Below are positions 47,824 through 58,842 of a stretch of 64,000 nucleotides of DNA, piece after piece; position 1 is the first letter of the stretch; every line of letters begins with the position of its first letter. The DNA lies in contig CAYYGL010000001.1 of the NCBI GenBank assembly GCA_964471235.1, positions 5,315 through 69,314 on the forward strand, read 5' to 3'. Source of the stretch: an uncultured Calditrichaceae bacterium. GTDB lineage: Bacteria; Calditrichota; Calditrichia; RBG-13-44-9; J075. The notes beneath the pieces were generated by a model, which saw only the letters and a program-made list of their open reading frames with translations, made no database searches and was not told the origin of the DNA. The position numbers and the translations under genes are program-made.

Positions 47824-48753
47824 TTGAAAAAAATGTTAAATTCAAAAACAATCCCCGTTCGGGTAGCCATACTGGATTTATATAACAATGAACCGAACCA
47901 GGGAATGCGTTGCCTGAAAGAGATCGTCCGCAGCATGGATAAAGCTGTTCATGATATTCCGGTGACATTTTCCGTATATGAAACCCGATACAAGGGAGAA
48001 ATACCATCGTCTGAGTATGATATCTATATCTCCTCCGGTGGGCCGGGCAGCCCGTTTGATGGAAAGGGAAAGCCGTGGGAAGAAAAATATTTCAGATTTA
48101 TTGACCGCCTCTGGAATTTCAACCAGCACCCCACCAACGAAAAAAAATATGTCTTTTTCATTTGCCATTCTTTCCAATTGATGGCGCGCTTATTTCAGAT
48201 AGCCGTTATCCGGAAGCGAGTTCGGCGTTCGTTCGGAATCGTGCCGGTGTACAACACACCGTGCGCCGAATCCGATCCCCTCTTCTCCCGATTGCCGAAA
48301 AAATTTTTTGCGGCGGATTTCCGGCAATATGAGGTAATTGAGCCGGATATCAAGCGATTGCACGAATTAGGGGGTAGGGTGCTCTCAATCGAAAGGGAAC
48401 GCAATGACCCGGGAACGGAGCGGGCAGTGATGGCGATCCGGCTGTCAGAAGAAATGATCGGCACCCAGTTCCATCCCGAGGCAGACCCGAAAAGTATGCT
48501 CTACCATTTTCAGCAGCCGGACCGAAAGAAACAGGTAGTAGAAGAATACGGTGAACAGAAATATTACGAGATGATCGCTCGATTGGAGGAGCCGGAGAAT
48601 ATCCTCCTAACGCGCCGAACGGTCCTCCCCGGGTTCCTGAGGAACGCTATCGAGAAATTACGCCTGGGCGAGCGTTCCGGGAGTGAAAAGCAAGTGCCTC
48701 CCCAAATTCCTGCTGTAACAGAGAAGAACGATACTTCCAAAATCGTTTGTTAA
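47824..48753 (+). CDS. Class I glutamine amidotransferase-like domain protein
   Basis: The nucleophile-elbow-like FICHSFQLM with the following His (TQFHPE) resembles the GATase1 catalytic triad. 309 aa. Confidence 0.55.
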   Translation: MKKMLNSKTIPVRVAILDLYNNEPNQGMRCLKEIVRSMDKAVHDIPVTFSVYETRYKGEIPSSEYDIYISSGGPGSPFDGKGKPWEEKYFRFIDRLWNFNQHPTNEKKYVFFICHSFQLMARLFQIAVIRKRVRRSFGIVPVYNTPCAESDPLFSRLPKKFFAADFRQYEVIEPDIKRLHELGGRVLSIERERNDPGTERAVMAIRLSEEMIGTQFHPEADPKSMLYHFQQPDRKKQVVEEYGEQKYYEMIARLEEPENILLTRRTVLPGFLRNAIEKLRLGERSGSEKQVPPQIPAVTEKNDTSKIVC

Positions 48754-49254
48754 GGGCTTTCGCCCGTTTCCTGTACCCATAAAAGCCGGTATGTTTCGAT
48801 CCGTAAAGTTTGTACCGTTTTATAGGTCAACCTTTGTTAGGAGCAACGCTTGAGGGATAATTTTCCGGTCTCAGGAACTCATCCCTCAAAACCCTTTACA
48901 CGGCGGTACTTTGCGTTCTGCCAAATCCGGCAGGACATATTCCCACAGCGTTTTGAACTTTGCCACCCGGGAAAACATGCCCCGTGGCGGACACCACCGA
49001 TGTTACATTTCAACCGCTCATTTCCCGATGACAAAGCCATAAAGGTTTCGGGCATGCTCATAAAAAGAATGAATTATTCTTTTGTTATTTAAATTGCAAT
49101 TTGTAATTTCATTGCGTTGGCAAAAAGATATCTCAATTACATCAAATTGATCGGAAAAATTGCATTCTCCTGAGATGAAGTAGATAGGAAATTGTTGTTT
49201 GAGTTAAATAGATATGGCTAAACTTGTCGTTTCATTGGTGTGAGAGGTGAAAAA

Positions 49255-50706
49255 ATGAAGAGAGCGCATTTTCGGAACAAAGGGAAGTTTATCGGTTTAC
49301 TCCTGATCATCTATGCTTTCGTTTCCTGTGCAGTGAATCCGGTAACCGGCAAGCGAGAACTGATGTTGTTATCAGAAGCGGATGAGATAAAGCTGGGGCA
49401 GCAATCCGATCCGGAAATTATCAAAATGTATGGGTTGTATGATAACCCGGCACTCTCTCAATACATCACGAAGCTGGGAACCCGAATGGCAAAAATTTCT
49501 CATCGCCCGAATTTGCAATATCAATTTCGCTTGTTGGATACCCCGGTGATCAATGCGTTTGCCGTGCCGGGGGGATATGTCTATATCACCCGGGGAATTT
49601 TAGCTTACCTGAACAACGAGGCGGAATTAGCCGGGGTGATGGGGCATGAGATAGGGCACATCGCTGCCCGACATTCTGCCAAACAATACAGTAAAGCCCA
49701 ACTGGCTCAGGTTGGATTGGGATTAGGGACAATTCTTTCCCGGGATTTTGCCCGTTTTGCCGGGATAGCCCAAACCGGGATGGCGTTATTGTTTTTGAAG
49801 TTCAGCCGGGATGCGGAACGGCAGGCGGATCAATTGGGAGTGGAATATTCCACAAAAGTTGGCTACGATGCCCGGGAGATGGCAAATTTCTTCGAAACCC
49901 TGGAACGGATGCAGCCATCCGAAGGCGGTGGGCTGCCAGGCTGGCTATCCACCCACCCCAATCCGGCAGACCGGGTGGTTGCAGTCCGGAAACTGGCTGC
50001 CGAATGGCGCCAGAAAGTTGGAAACATCCAATTTAAAGTCAACCGAAATTCTTATCTAAAACGTCTGGAAGGACTGGTTTTCGGAGATGATCCCCGGCAG
50101 GGATATGTGGAGAACAACACTTTTTATCATCCCGAATTAACGTTTCGCTTCCCGGTTCCCGCTGGCTGGAAGGTGCAAAACACGCCGTCCCAGGTACAAA
50201 TGATTAGCCGTAAGGAGGATGCCGCCATCTTATTTACCTTATCCTCCCAGGCGTCTCCGGCAGGGGCAGCCAATTCCTTTGTCTCCGAATCCAAAGCCAG
50301 GGTGATTGAGGCCACTGCGGTCAAAGTCAATGGTCTGAATGCCCGCCGAATGATTTCCGATATTACCACCCGGCAGGACGTCCTGCGGGTGTTGTCCTAT
50401 TTTATTCAGTACGGCGGTAACGTGTATGAATTTCACGGCTACAGCAGCCAAAACGATTTTGCTTCACATAAGGCAGTTCTGGAGCAAACCATGAGCGGAT
50501 TTCGGAAGTTGACCAACCCGGCAAAAATTAATGTAAAGCCGAACCGTGTTCATATCAAAACGGTCTCCCGAACAACTACGGTTCGCAACGCATTAAAATC
50601 ATTTCATGTAGCGGATGATAAATTGGAGGCGATTGCCCTGTTAAACGGGTTGCACTTAACGGATAAGGTTCGCCAAAATACCCTTTTAAAAGTTATTGGA
50701 AAATAA
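49255..50706 (+). CDS. M48-family zinc metalloprotease lipoprotein (BepA/YfgC-like)
   Basis: A GAGGTG RBS precedes the ATG at 49255. Lipobox FVSC, HEIGH zinc motif (MGHEIGHIAARH), and a downstream E for the third ligand. Confidence 0.8.
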   Translation: MKRAHFRNKGKFIGLLLIIYAFVSCAVNPVTGKRELMLLSEADEIKLGQQSDPEIIKMYGLYDNPALSQYITKLGTRMAKISHRPNLQYQFRLLDTPVINAFAVPGGYVYITRGILAYLNNEAELAGVMGHEIGHIAARHSAKQYSKAQLAQVGLGLGTILSRDFARFAGIAQTGMALLFLKFSRDAERQADQLGVEYSTKVGYDAREMANFFETLERMQPSEGGGLPGWLSTHPNPADRVVAVRKLAAEWRQKVGNIQFKVNRNSYLKRLEGLVFGDDPRQGYVENNTFYHPELTFRFPVPAGWKVQNTPSQVQMISRKEDAAILFTLSSQASPAGAANSFVSESKARVIEATAVKVNGLNARRMISDITTRQDVLRVLSYFIQYGGNVYEFHGYSSQNDFASHKAVLEQTMSGFRKLTNPAKINVKPNRVHIKTVSRTTTVRNALKSFHVADDKLEAIALLNGLHLTDKVRQNTLLKVIGK

Positions 50707-50717
50707 GAGGAAAACGA

Positions 50718-51356
50718 ATGAGCTGCCAGCAATGCCGGGGCATCGAAGCGGAATTTGACCGGAAATATGCCCGGCGATCATTGAAAAGATACCGGAAAAA
50801 AGGTCCGGCTAAAACGACCCGGCTGCTGTTACACGCCATCAAAGCACAGGGTGTGGAAGGTGCTTCGTTGATGGATATTGGCGGGGGAGTGGGAACCATC
50901 CAACATGAATTACTAAACGCCGGGGTTCGGGAAGTGGTGAATGTGGAAGCCTCACCGGCATTTTCCGAAACCGCCCGGGAGGAGGCACGCCGCCAGGGGC
51001 ATGAGCAGGCAATCAAATTTTACCTCGGGAATTTTGTGGAGTTGGCTGAGCAACTTCCCGCAAGCGATATCGTTACCCTGGACAGGGTCATTTGCTGTTT
51101 CGATGATATGGAAGAGCTGGTGGGCAAATCTTCTCATCTGGCAAAAAAAGTATACGGTGTGGTTTTTCCACAGGATACCTGGTGGGTTCGGATTGGGTTT
51201 TATGCTCTTAATTTCTTTTTGAAAATCCTGCGACGTGAATTTCGAACTTTTCTTCATTCCACCCAAAAGGTCGATGAACTCATCCGCAAAGCCGGATTAA
51301 GCCCAGCTTATTATCAAACTGCCGGTATCTGGCAGGTTCGGGTGTATTCCCGGTAA
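50718..51356 (+). CDS. Class I SAM-dependent methyltransferase
   Basis: LMDIGGGVGT motif I, 212 aa. It is separated from the M48 gene by 11 nt. Confidence 0.7.
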   Translation: MSCQQCRGIEAEFDRKYARRSLKRYRKKGPAKTTRLLLHAIKAQGVEGASLMDIGGGVGTIQHELLNAGVREVVNVEASPAFSETAREEARRQGHEQAIKFYLGNFVELAEQLPASDIVTLDRVICCFDDMEELVGKSSHLAKKVYGVVFPQDTWWVRIGFYALNFFLKILRREFRTFLHSTQKVDELIRKAGLSPAYYQTAGIWQVRVYSR

Positions 51357-51464
51357 GCGTGTACGGCATCTTCCGGTAAATATTTTGTTGTATGGACTTC
51401 CGTAGAGTAAAATTTCCAGTCTTTAGCCATTGCCTGAACCTCAATAAACCACGATGTTGCATTC

Positions 51465-52649
51465 ATGAAACCCCAACCTGCGGAACAGACAACTCTTAAT
51501 CACCCCACCAACATCCGGGGAAATGTGTTTTTCCTGGGGCTGGTCAGTTTATTTAATGATATCGCTTCGGAGATGGTGTACCCCATTGTACCATTATTTT
51601 TAACCGGTGTGTTGGGGGCGCCGGTCTCCGTGGTGGGTATTATTGAGGGTATTGCCGAAGCTACTGCCAGTGTGCTTAAGGCATTTTCCGGTTGGCTATC
51701 GGACCGATTGCGGAGACGGAAATGGTTTGTTGTAGCGGGGTATTCGTTTTCCACTTTATCCCGCATCGGATTGGCGCTTTCCACCCGCTGGCTGCACGTG
51801 CTGGCTGCCCGATTTGTTGACCGGTTTGGGAAAGGCACCCGCACCTCTGCCCGGGATGCCCTGATTGCGGATTCCACTGATGCGACTCAGCGCGGCGCTG
51901 CCTTCGGGTTCCATCGCGCCATGGACACCGTGGGAGCCATTATCGGGCCCCTGCTGGCAATTTTATTTCTAAAACTCCTACACGAACAATATTCCCTCTT
52001 CTTCTGGCTGGCAGCCATTCCCTCGGCAATTGGGGTGCTCATTTTAGTGGCATTTGTTCGGGAACCGGTGCGGCGTTCTACGGTGGTGCAAGCACTGCCA
52101 AAATTTTCCCTGTCTCAATTCAATCGCCCCTTCAAACTCTTTTTGGCAGTCAATGTTATCTTTGCCCTGGGCAACAGTTCCGACGCTTTTTTAATCCTGC
52201 GCGCCCGAGATAGCGGTTTTTCGGTGATAGGCACGGTAATGCTTTATGTACTATTTAACATTGTATACGCCCTGTTTGCTTTTCCGCTGGGAAAATTAGC
52301 GGATCGCTGGGGTGCCAAACCGGTGTTGCTGCTCTCGTTTTTGATGTTCTCGGTGATTTACGCCGGGGTGGGAGTTGCATCCGGCCCGTTTTTATGGGGA
52401 TGGTTTGCTCTCTACGGGGTATTTATGGCAATGAGTGAAGGAATCGGCAAAGCCTATATTTCGGTGCTGGTGCCCGCGGCGCTTCGGGCGACTGCACTGG
52501 GAATATTTTATGCCGTCACCGGAATTGTGATGTTCTTTGCCAGTGTGATTGCCGGGGCACTGTGGGAATTGGTGGGTTCCGGCGCCCCGTTTTTCTACGG
52601 GGCTGGGCTATCTCTGCTTGCCGGGATTCTTTTCTGGAGAATGGATTGA
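51465..52649 (+). CDS. MFS transporter
   Basis: 12 predicted TM helices, a GWLSDRLRRRK motif-A-like loop after TM2, and 394 aa. Confidence 0.8.
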   Translation: MKPQPAEQTTLNHPTNIRGNVFFLGLVSLFNDIASEMVYPIVPLFLTGVLGAPVSVVGIIEGIAEATASVLKAFSGWLSDRLRRRKWFVVAGYSFSTLSRIGLALSTRWLHVLAARFVDRFGKGTRTSARDALIADSTDATQRGAAFGFHRAMDTVGAIIGPLLAILFLKLLHEQYSLFFWLAAIPSAIGVLILVAFVREPVRRSTVVQALPKFSLSQFNRPFKLFLAVNVIFALGNSSDAFLILRARDSGFSVIGTVMLYVLFNIVYALFAFPLGKLADRWGAKPVLLLSFLMFSVIYAGVGVASGPFLWGWFALYGVFMAMSEGIGKAYISVLVPAALRATALGIFYAVTGIVMFFASVIAGALWELVGSGAPFFYGAGLSLLAGILFWRMD

Positions 52650-52751
52650 CAAGAGAAGATACGATAGTGGGGCGGAGATTAACTTTTGAAGGGTCTTTAA
52701 CGCTGGGTGTTCAAACGCTACCATATTTTTATAGCCTGATACCAATAAGTT

Positions 52752-53156
52752 CTATAGCTTATCATACAGCTTCTTAGGAAAAAGCGGAAGTAATATTTTG
52801 CGAAGTTTTTTTAAGGTTTTTAATGCCAGACGAGATTCCTCAATTGAAGTATCATCGCCGGGATAGCGAAATTGAACCGAATAGGGATTGAGTATTTCCA
52901 ACCATTCACGATAAAATACAAGTGAAGGAAAATTTTTCTCCAACAAAGTGAGCAGCACCAACAAATCATGTGTTTTGGGGAATGAAATTTCTTGCTGAAT
53001 AAGTAAAGCTTTCAGGTATTTTTCTGCTGACTGTTGACAATGAAAACAAACCAGATCGGGTAATGGCTTTTTTCTTCGACGCGAGAGATCAATAGCTCCC
53101 TGGTAATCGTTTTCCGCTTTTTTTAACCAGGCGATTATTTCATCCGGATCTCGCAT
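52752..53156 (-). CDS. HEPN-domain protein (toxin partner of the adjacent nucleotidyltransferase)
   Basis: FHCQQSAEKYLKALL helix typical of HEPN. Its start overlaps the upstream MNT gene by 17 nt. Confidence 0.65.
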   Translation of the reverse strand: MRDPDEIIAWLKKAENDYQGAIDLSRRRKKPLPDLVCFHCQQSAEKYLKALLIQQEISFPKTHDLLVLLTLLEKNFPSLVFYREWLEILNPYSVQFRYPGDDTSIEESRLALKTLKKLRKILLPLFPKKLYDKL

Positions 53157-53499
53157 ATACTACCATCCCTTCCGATAAAACGGCATGCATAAAGGGGTCT
53201 ACCCGTTTTTCTGCTGCCCTCACCTCCCCAGGTGTTTTTACAATGATGTCAAGAGGGATTTTCCGTGGATATAATCGGCGGGAAATCATTCTTTGGCGCT
53301 CTGCCGGTGCTAAGGTAGTCTCCATAATTACCAACAGGTCCAGGTCGCTATCTTTGCTCTGTTTTCGGGTAGCATACGAACCAAATAAAATAATTTTTTC
53401 CGGTTCAAAATCATTGATAATCGTCTGAATAACCTGTATAATAAAAGTTGGGAGTCGCCGGTGAATGGAATTCGTCAATTTTATAGTATTTTCAGCCAT
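53140..53499 (-). CDS. Minimal nucleotidyltransferase (MNT) domain protein
   Basis: LFGSYATRKQSKDSDLDLLVI is the GS…D.D polymerase-beta-like NTase motif. 119 aa. Confidence 0.7.
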   Translation of the reverse strand: MAENTIKLTNSIHRRLPTFIIQVIQTIINDFEPEKIILFGSYATRKQSKDSDLDLLVIMETTLAPAERQRMISRRLYPRKIPLDIIVKTPGEVRAAEKRVDPFMHAVLSEGMVVYARSG

Positions 53500-53637
53500 T
53501 GGTTGTACCTGATGAGATGTTTTGTAACCCCACTAAAAAAACATAACAAAATGAAATGGGATTTTCAAGTCATTCTTGATATGCGGAGAAATGCGAATGT
53601 CAATCTATTGACTTTCCTTTGATTCCGAAATGTGCCG

Positions 53638-53735
53638 TATTACCGTGACATTCCCCACCACGGCAGGGTCGCGGTCGCAAAGATAGAGCCTCTTCAAAAA
53701 CGTTGCGCACGTTGCGTTTGCTTTGCGTTCGTTAC
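53638..53735. repeat. Possible degenerate third copy of the MITE/REP-like repeat
   Basis: It shares TACCG…, GCGGTCGCAAAGATAGAGCC (cf. GCGGCCGCAACGGGAAAGAGAC) and CGTTGCGCACGTTGCG (cf. CGTTGCGAACGTTGCG), and is intergenic. Confidence 0.3.
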
Positions 53736-53906
53736 AGTTAAGCAAACCGCTGTAAGCCATTGCTCGGGTATCTAAACAACCAGAGTCGTTACAGTTATCC
53801 CAACCGATGACAATACCGGAAGGTCCAAACAATCAACCCGGTTTATCAATGGGAGTTTCAGTAAGCAGCGGTATGGGATTTCAAAACAAGTTTTGACGCT
53901 CCAATC

Positions 53907-55943
53907 TTACAACAAATCCAGTGCCGCTTCAGCTACTTTTTCCGCTGTTAAACCGAAGCCGTCGTAGATATCCTGGTAGGGGGCGGAAGCGCCGAAATGG
54001 TCTAATCCCACGATTTTCCCCTTTCTGCCCACATATTTATACCATCCCAACGAGACGCCTGCTTCTATTGCCACCCGGGCTTTTACCGAGGATGGGAGCA
54101 CCTGCTCGCGGTACTCTTCCGGCTGTTGGTCGAACAGCTTCCAGCAGGGGAGGGAAACAACCTGGGCGGCAACCTGTTCTTCTTCCAGCAGTTGCTGGGC
54201 TTTCAGGGCGATATGCACTTCGGAGCCGGTTGCCAGAAGCAGCACATCAGGAGTGCTTTGCCGGAGAAGGGCATACCCCCCATGGAGCGCTTCCGAAACC
54301 GGGGCATATTCTAATTTCTCCCGTTCCAAGATCGGCAGTTTTTGGCGGGTTAAAATCAAGGCGGTCGGTCCGTTTCGATGCTCCAGAGCAATTTTCCAGG
54401 CAATTGCGGTTTCGTTGGCATCTGCCGGACGTACCACCCACAAGTCCGGTATGGCACGCAATGCGGTGAGTTGTTCCACCGGCTGGTGGGTGGGTCCATC
54501 TTCTCCCAGACCGATGGAGTCATGCGTGAACACAAAAATCACCGGGAGCTTCATCAATGCAGCCAGGCGAATGCTGGGACGCATGTAATCGGAAAACACC
54601 AGAAAGGTGCCGCCATAGGGAATCACCCCACCATGAAGCGCCATCCCGTTTAACATCGCTGCCATCCCATGTTCTCGCACCCCGAAATGGATATACCGCC
54701 CGCTGAAATCCTCTGGGGTAATGTCGGTTTCCCCGGCAGGCCGGGTGTTGTTGGAAGGAGTTAAATCTGCCGAGCCACCAATGAACTGGGGGATACGTTT
54801 CGAGATGACATTGATGACTGCGCCCGAAGCGGCCCGGGTTGCCAGCGGCTTTTCGTTGGTAAAAACCGAGAGGTCTTTTTCCCATCCCTTCGGCAGCTCC
54901 CGTTGAAGGGCAACCGAGAGTTCCTCACTGACTTCGGGAAACTTTTCCCGGTATTCCCGATATTCCTTTTCCCACTCTTCCTGGGCTTGGGCTCCCTGCA
55001 CCATCGCCTGCCGCATATATTTGAGAACATCTTCCGGTATATAAAACGGTTTATCAACCGGTAATCCCAACTGTTGTTTGGTTAATTTCACCTCTTCCTC
55101 TCCCAGGGGCTCCCCGTGTGCTTTGGAAGTACCGGCGCGATGTGGGCTGCCATAACCGATGGTGGTTCGGCAGGCGATAATCGACGGTTGATCGGTAACG
55201 GTCCTGGCAAGAGCGATTGCCTGAAAAACTGCCTGCGGATCATGACCATCGACCCGTTGGATATGCCAGCCGTAAGCCTGAAAACGCTTTAATACATCCT
55301 CGTTGAAGGCTAAATCAGTGGAACCATCAATGCTGATATGATTATCGTCATAAAGCACGATCAATTTTCCAAGCTTTAGATGCCCTGCCAGGGCGCAACT
55401 TTCATGGGAAACGCCTTCCATCAGGTCACCATCGCTGGCAATGGTATAGGTGAAGTGATCAATTACCGGGTAATCGGGGCGGTTATAGCGGTTCGCCAGC
55501 CATTTTTCGGTAAATGCCATTCCCACGGCGTTGGAGATTCCCTGTCCCAGGGGACCGGTGGTGGTTTCCACCCCGGGGGTCAATCCGTATTCCGGATGCC
55601 CGGGGGTTTTGCTCTGCCATTGACGGAATCTCTTTAATTCCGAGAGCGGGAGGTCGTAACCGGTTAAATGCAGCAATGAATACAGCAGCATGCTGCCATG
55701 CCCGGCGGAAAGCACAAACCGATCCCGGTTTGCCCAGTGGGGGTCGGAAGGATTGTGCGTCAGAAATTGGGTCCACAACACTGCCGCCACATCTGCCATC
55801 CCCATGGGCATCCCGGGGTGCCCGGAATTCGCTTTCTGCACGGCATCCATGGCTAAGCCGCGAATGATGTTTGCACACCGTTGTAGAAGCGCCTGGGTCT
55901 CTTTGTTTAGCCCGGTCCTATTGTTCAGGTCTTTGGTTGCCAT
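53907..55943 (-). CDS. tkt: Transketolase
   Basis: 678 aa with a ThDP-binding GDG…N motif ([14 protein letters not shown]), [11 protein letters not shown], and a full three-domain layout. Confidence 0.95.
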   Translation of the reverse strand: MATKDLNNRTGLNKETQALLQRCANIIRGLAMDAVQKANSGHPGMPMGMADVAAVLWTQFLTHNPSDPHWANRDRFVLSAGHGSMLLYSLLHLTGYDLPLSELKRFRQWQSKTPGHPEYGLTPGVETTTGPLGQGISNAVGMAFTEKWLANRYNRPDYPVIDHFTYTIASDGDLMEGVSHESCALAGHLKLGKLIVLYDDNHISIDGSTDLAFNEDVLKRFQAYGWHIQRVDGHDPQAVFQAIALARTVTDQPSIIACRTTIGYGSPHRAGTSKAHGEPLGEEEVKLTKQQLGLPVDKPFYIPEDVLKYMRQAMVQGAQAQEEWEKEYREYREKFPEVSEELSVALQRELPKGWEKDLSVFTNEKPLATRAASGAVINVISKRIPQFIGGSADLTPSNNTRPAGETDITPEDFSGRYIHFGVREHGMAAMLNGMALHGGVIPYGGTFLVFSDYMRPSIRLAALMKLPVIFVFTHDSIGLGEDGPTHQPVEQLTALRAIPDLWVVRPADANETAIAWKIALEHRNGPTALILTRQKLPILEREKLEYAPVSEALHGGYALLRQSTPDVLLLATGSEVHIALKAQQLLEEEQVAAQVVSLPCWKLFDQQPEEYREQVLPSSVKARVAIEAGVSLGWYKYVGRKGKIVGLDHFGASAPYQDIYDGFGLTAEKVAEAALDLL

Positions 55944-56100
55944 TCTTTTTCTCCTGAGTTAAAATGTTGGTTCTCGTTTTTTCAGTAATTCTGTGTTCAG
56001 TGTTCCGTTGTAAGCGCAAGGTGATGAAGTTATGTTCATCAGAGGTTCTTGCGCTATAGAAGTGGGGGGACAGAAGGTTGCCCATCTGTTCCTGGGAAGC

Positions 56101-56772
56101 TTAAACAAACAACGCTTTCAACTCCCCGGCTTCCCGGATATAAAAATCAGCCTTCAATTTTCTCAGAACTTCTGATGGTCTGAAGCCGTATTCCACCGCA
56201 CAGGTGATGACTCCGGCAGCTTTCCCGGCAAGAATATCGGTATCCCCATCACCAATAATGACGGCTTTTTCCGCCGGAACCGTTAGTTGTTGCAAAATGT
56301 GGAGGATGCCATCCGGTTCCGGTTTTAAAGCAATCCCGGAATGTCCACCGATAATCAGATCAAAAAAATGATCCAGGTTCAGTTGTTTTAAAATCGGTTC
56401 ACTGTATTCAATCGGTTTATTGGTTAGAACGGCTTTCGTTTTTCCGGAGAAATATGCTAACACCTCCGGAATGCCCGGGTAGGGGCGGGTGTGATCCGTC
56501 AGATGATCAGCATAATACAGGCGAAACAGGCTTTTTGCTTCCTGCAGTTCTCCATCGGAAGGATTTTGAAGGGCGTATTGGAGGAATTTATTTAACCCTT
56601 CTCCCACATACCTCCGTACCTGCGGCAGGGTTAACGTTGGTCTGTTTAACTGCTGTAAAGCAAAATTGACGGCATTGGCAAGGTCCTCAAGGGTATCTAC
56701 CAGGGTGCCGTCCAGATCGAAAATCAATAATTTGACCGGTATGGGAACAGGCATCGGGGATAGAGCATCCAT
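56101..56772 (-). CDS. HAD-family phosphatase (phosphoglycolate-phosphatase-like)
   Basis: LLIFDLDGTLVDT motif I, TNK motif, and GDGDTD motif IV. Confidence 0.8.
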   Translation of the reverse strand: MDALSPMPVPIPVKLLIFDLDGTLVDTLEDLANAVNFALQQLNRPTLTLPQVRRYVGEGLNKFLQYALQNPSDGELQEAKSLFRLYYADHLTDHTRPYPGIPEVLAYFSGKTKAVLTNKPIEYSEPILKQLNLDHFFDLIIGGHSGIALKPEPDGILHILQQLTVPAEKAVIIGDGDTDILAGKAAGVITCAVEYGFRPSEVLRKLKADFYIREAGELKALFV

Positions 56773-56837
56773 ATATTCTCCTTACATAAGAACAAAAAGC
56801 ATCGAAAAAGGTGAAGCAGTTAACAGACATCGATCTC

Positions 56838-58619
56838 TCACAGGTAAAAATAATAAATTAAAACAATCGCAACAACCCCGGTTATAAACTGTAAGGGAAC
56901 TCCTATTTTCAGAAAATCTTTGAAGCGATACCCACCGGCGCCGTAGACCATTAAGTTGGTCTGGTAGCTGATGGGGGTGGCAAAACTGGCAGCTGCGGCA
57001 ATCACCACGGTAATGGCGAAGGCATGGGGGTCGGCACCAACGGTTTTAGCTGCCGAGTAGGCAATGGGGAAGAGGAGGGCAGCCGTGGCATTGCTGGTAA
57101 TCACCACATTGTAGAAGCTGGTCAGGATGTAAATGCCAATCACCACCCCCAGAATACCGGTGCCGGCGCTCATCTCCACTATCAGTCCGGCAAATTCCCG
57201 GGCTAAGCCGGATTTTTCCACCGCCCGGGCAATTCCCAGGGAAAGGGCAATGATAATCAGTACTCGCCAATCCACCGTGCTGCGCGCTTCGGAAGGTGTG
57301 ACGGTTCGGGTGGTGATTAACACCACCACGCCGGCACCAATGGCAGCCAGCAGGGGAAGTACTTTCAGTATTGCCAATGTTAGACTAAGCAGGAACACTC
57401 CCAGGGACAAATAGGCTTGCCAGACCGGTTTGGAAGGAATGGATTCTGCGCCGGCAATCAGGTAAAAGTCATTGGAATGATACCAGCGGTTCCGGAAGGA
57501 TTTATCCGCCAAAACCAGCAGAGTATCTCCGGCTTTTAATACAATATCACCCACTTTCTGTTGAATCCGTTCCCCATGACGGTGAATGGCAATTATCACT
57601 GCTTCATATTTTTTACGGAAGTTGCTATCCCGCACCGTTTTCCCCACCAATGGAGAACCGGGTGAGATGACGCATTCAAAGGTCTTGATCTTGGAAGAAT
57701 CATACTGTTTGAGATCGAAATGAGAATCTTTGGTTAAACGAAGACCGGGGGTTTTCTGCAATTCCAGGATGGTTTCCGGCACTCCGGTAAAAAATAGTCG
57801 GTCTCCCAGTCGTATTTCTTCATCCGGGCTGGCTGGAGCAATGATATGCCCGTTGCGTTCAATCTGGAACAAAAATAACCCCTTTAAGTGACGCAATCCG
57901 GCTTGTTGGATTGTTTTTCCGATTTGTTCATATTTGGATGTCACTTTCAATTCGATCACAAATTCCCGGGTCTGTTCTCCCAACTCCACCAGGTGTTCCT
58001 TCTTCTCCGGCAGCAAACGATATCCAATGAAACTGATAAACAGAATACCGACAATTGCTACCGGAATACCGACTTTGGAAATTTCAAAGAGACTCATCCC
58101 TTCCATGCCGTATTCAATCATCAGCCCGTGAACGATCAACGTCGTGCTGGTACCGATCAGGGTACAAACACCGCCTAAAATCGCTGCATAAGAGATGGGA
58201 ATCAGGTATTTGGACGGGGCATGATTATTTTTGATAGACCAGGAACGGATTGCCGGAATCAACATTGCCACCACCGGCGTGTTGTTCATAAAAGCAGAGA
58301 TAGCCGAAACCGGGAAAAGAATCCGCAGTAATTTTCGGGAAACGGAGGAATTGTTGGTGCCAAACAGGGCGGAGGTGAGGTTCTTCAGGATACCGGAATT
58401 GTGCAGTGCTCCGGCAAAAATAAATAAAAGTGCAATGGTCAACATCCCCGGATTCGAGAAACCGGAGAATGCTTCCTGAACCGTGATGACATTGCCAATT
58501 ACCAACAGCAGCAGAGTTGAGAACACCACAATTTCAATCTCCAGCCATTCCTTGATTAAAAAAATGCTCATCAACACCAATAATGCTGCTGTAAACCAGA
58601 GGTCAAAGTTTGCTGTCAT
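56838..58619 (-). CDS. SLC13/DASS-family anion permease with two central TrkA-C domains (putative sulfate transporter)
   Basis: Two TM bundles flank two TrkA_C-like soluble repeats. It is located at the end of the sat-cysC locus. Confidence 0.75.
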   Translation of the reverse strand: MTANFDLWFTAALLVLMSIFLIKEWLEIEIVVFSTLLLLVIGNVITVQEAFSGFSNPGMLTIALLFIFAGALHNSGILKNLTSALFGTNNSSVSRKLLRILFPVSAISAFMNNTPVVAMLIPAIRSWSIKNNHAPSKYLIPISYAAILGGVCTLIGTSTTLIVHGLMIEYGMEGMSLFEISKVGIPVAIVGILFISFIGYRLLPEKKEHLVELGEQTREFVIELKVTSKYEQIGKTIQQAGLRHLKGLFLFQIERNGHIIAPASPDEEIRLGDRLFFTGVPETILELQKTPGLRLTKDSHFDLKQYDSSKIKTFECVISPGSPLVGKTVRDSNFRKKYEAVIIAIHRHGERIQQKVGDIVLKAGDTLLVLADKSFRNRWYHSNDFYLIAGAESIPSKPVWQAYLSLGVFLLSLTLAILKVLPLLAAIGAGVVVLITTRTVTPSEARSTVDWRVLIIIALSLGIARAVEKSGLAREFAGLIVEMSAGTGILGVVIGIYILTSFYNVVITSNATAALLFPIAYSAAKTVGADPHAFAITVVIAAAASFATPISYQTNLMVYGAGGYRFKDFLKIGVPLQFITGVVAIVLIYYFYL

Positions 58620-58842
58620 TGCATTGGAAGACCGTTCGTAGTGGTGACGTTGACGTTAGAAAAGCATAGGGGGAGGTAGGGGATAAGGGAAAGTCGGAAT
58701 GCCTGATTTGATATCCCGAATTCCCTTTTTTCAGATATTCAACACTCCACCATTAGGGACTTCTATAGATTCATCCCCGAATCCCTTCTTATGAATTCCC
58801 TATACCCTTATACCTGATCCCCATATACTTCCCCCCCCCTCT

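Noticed and set aside
54247-55962. Multiple 60-130-aa ORFs on both strands within transketolase
   Set aside because: They are shadow ORFs of the 678-aa tkt gene.
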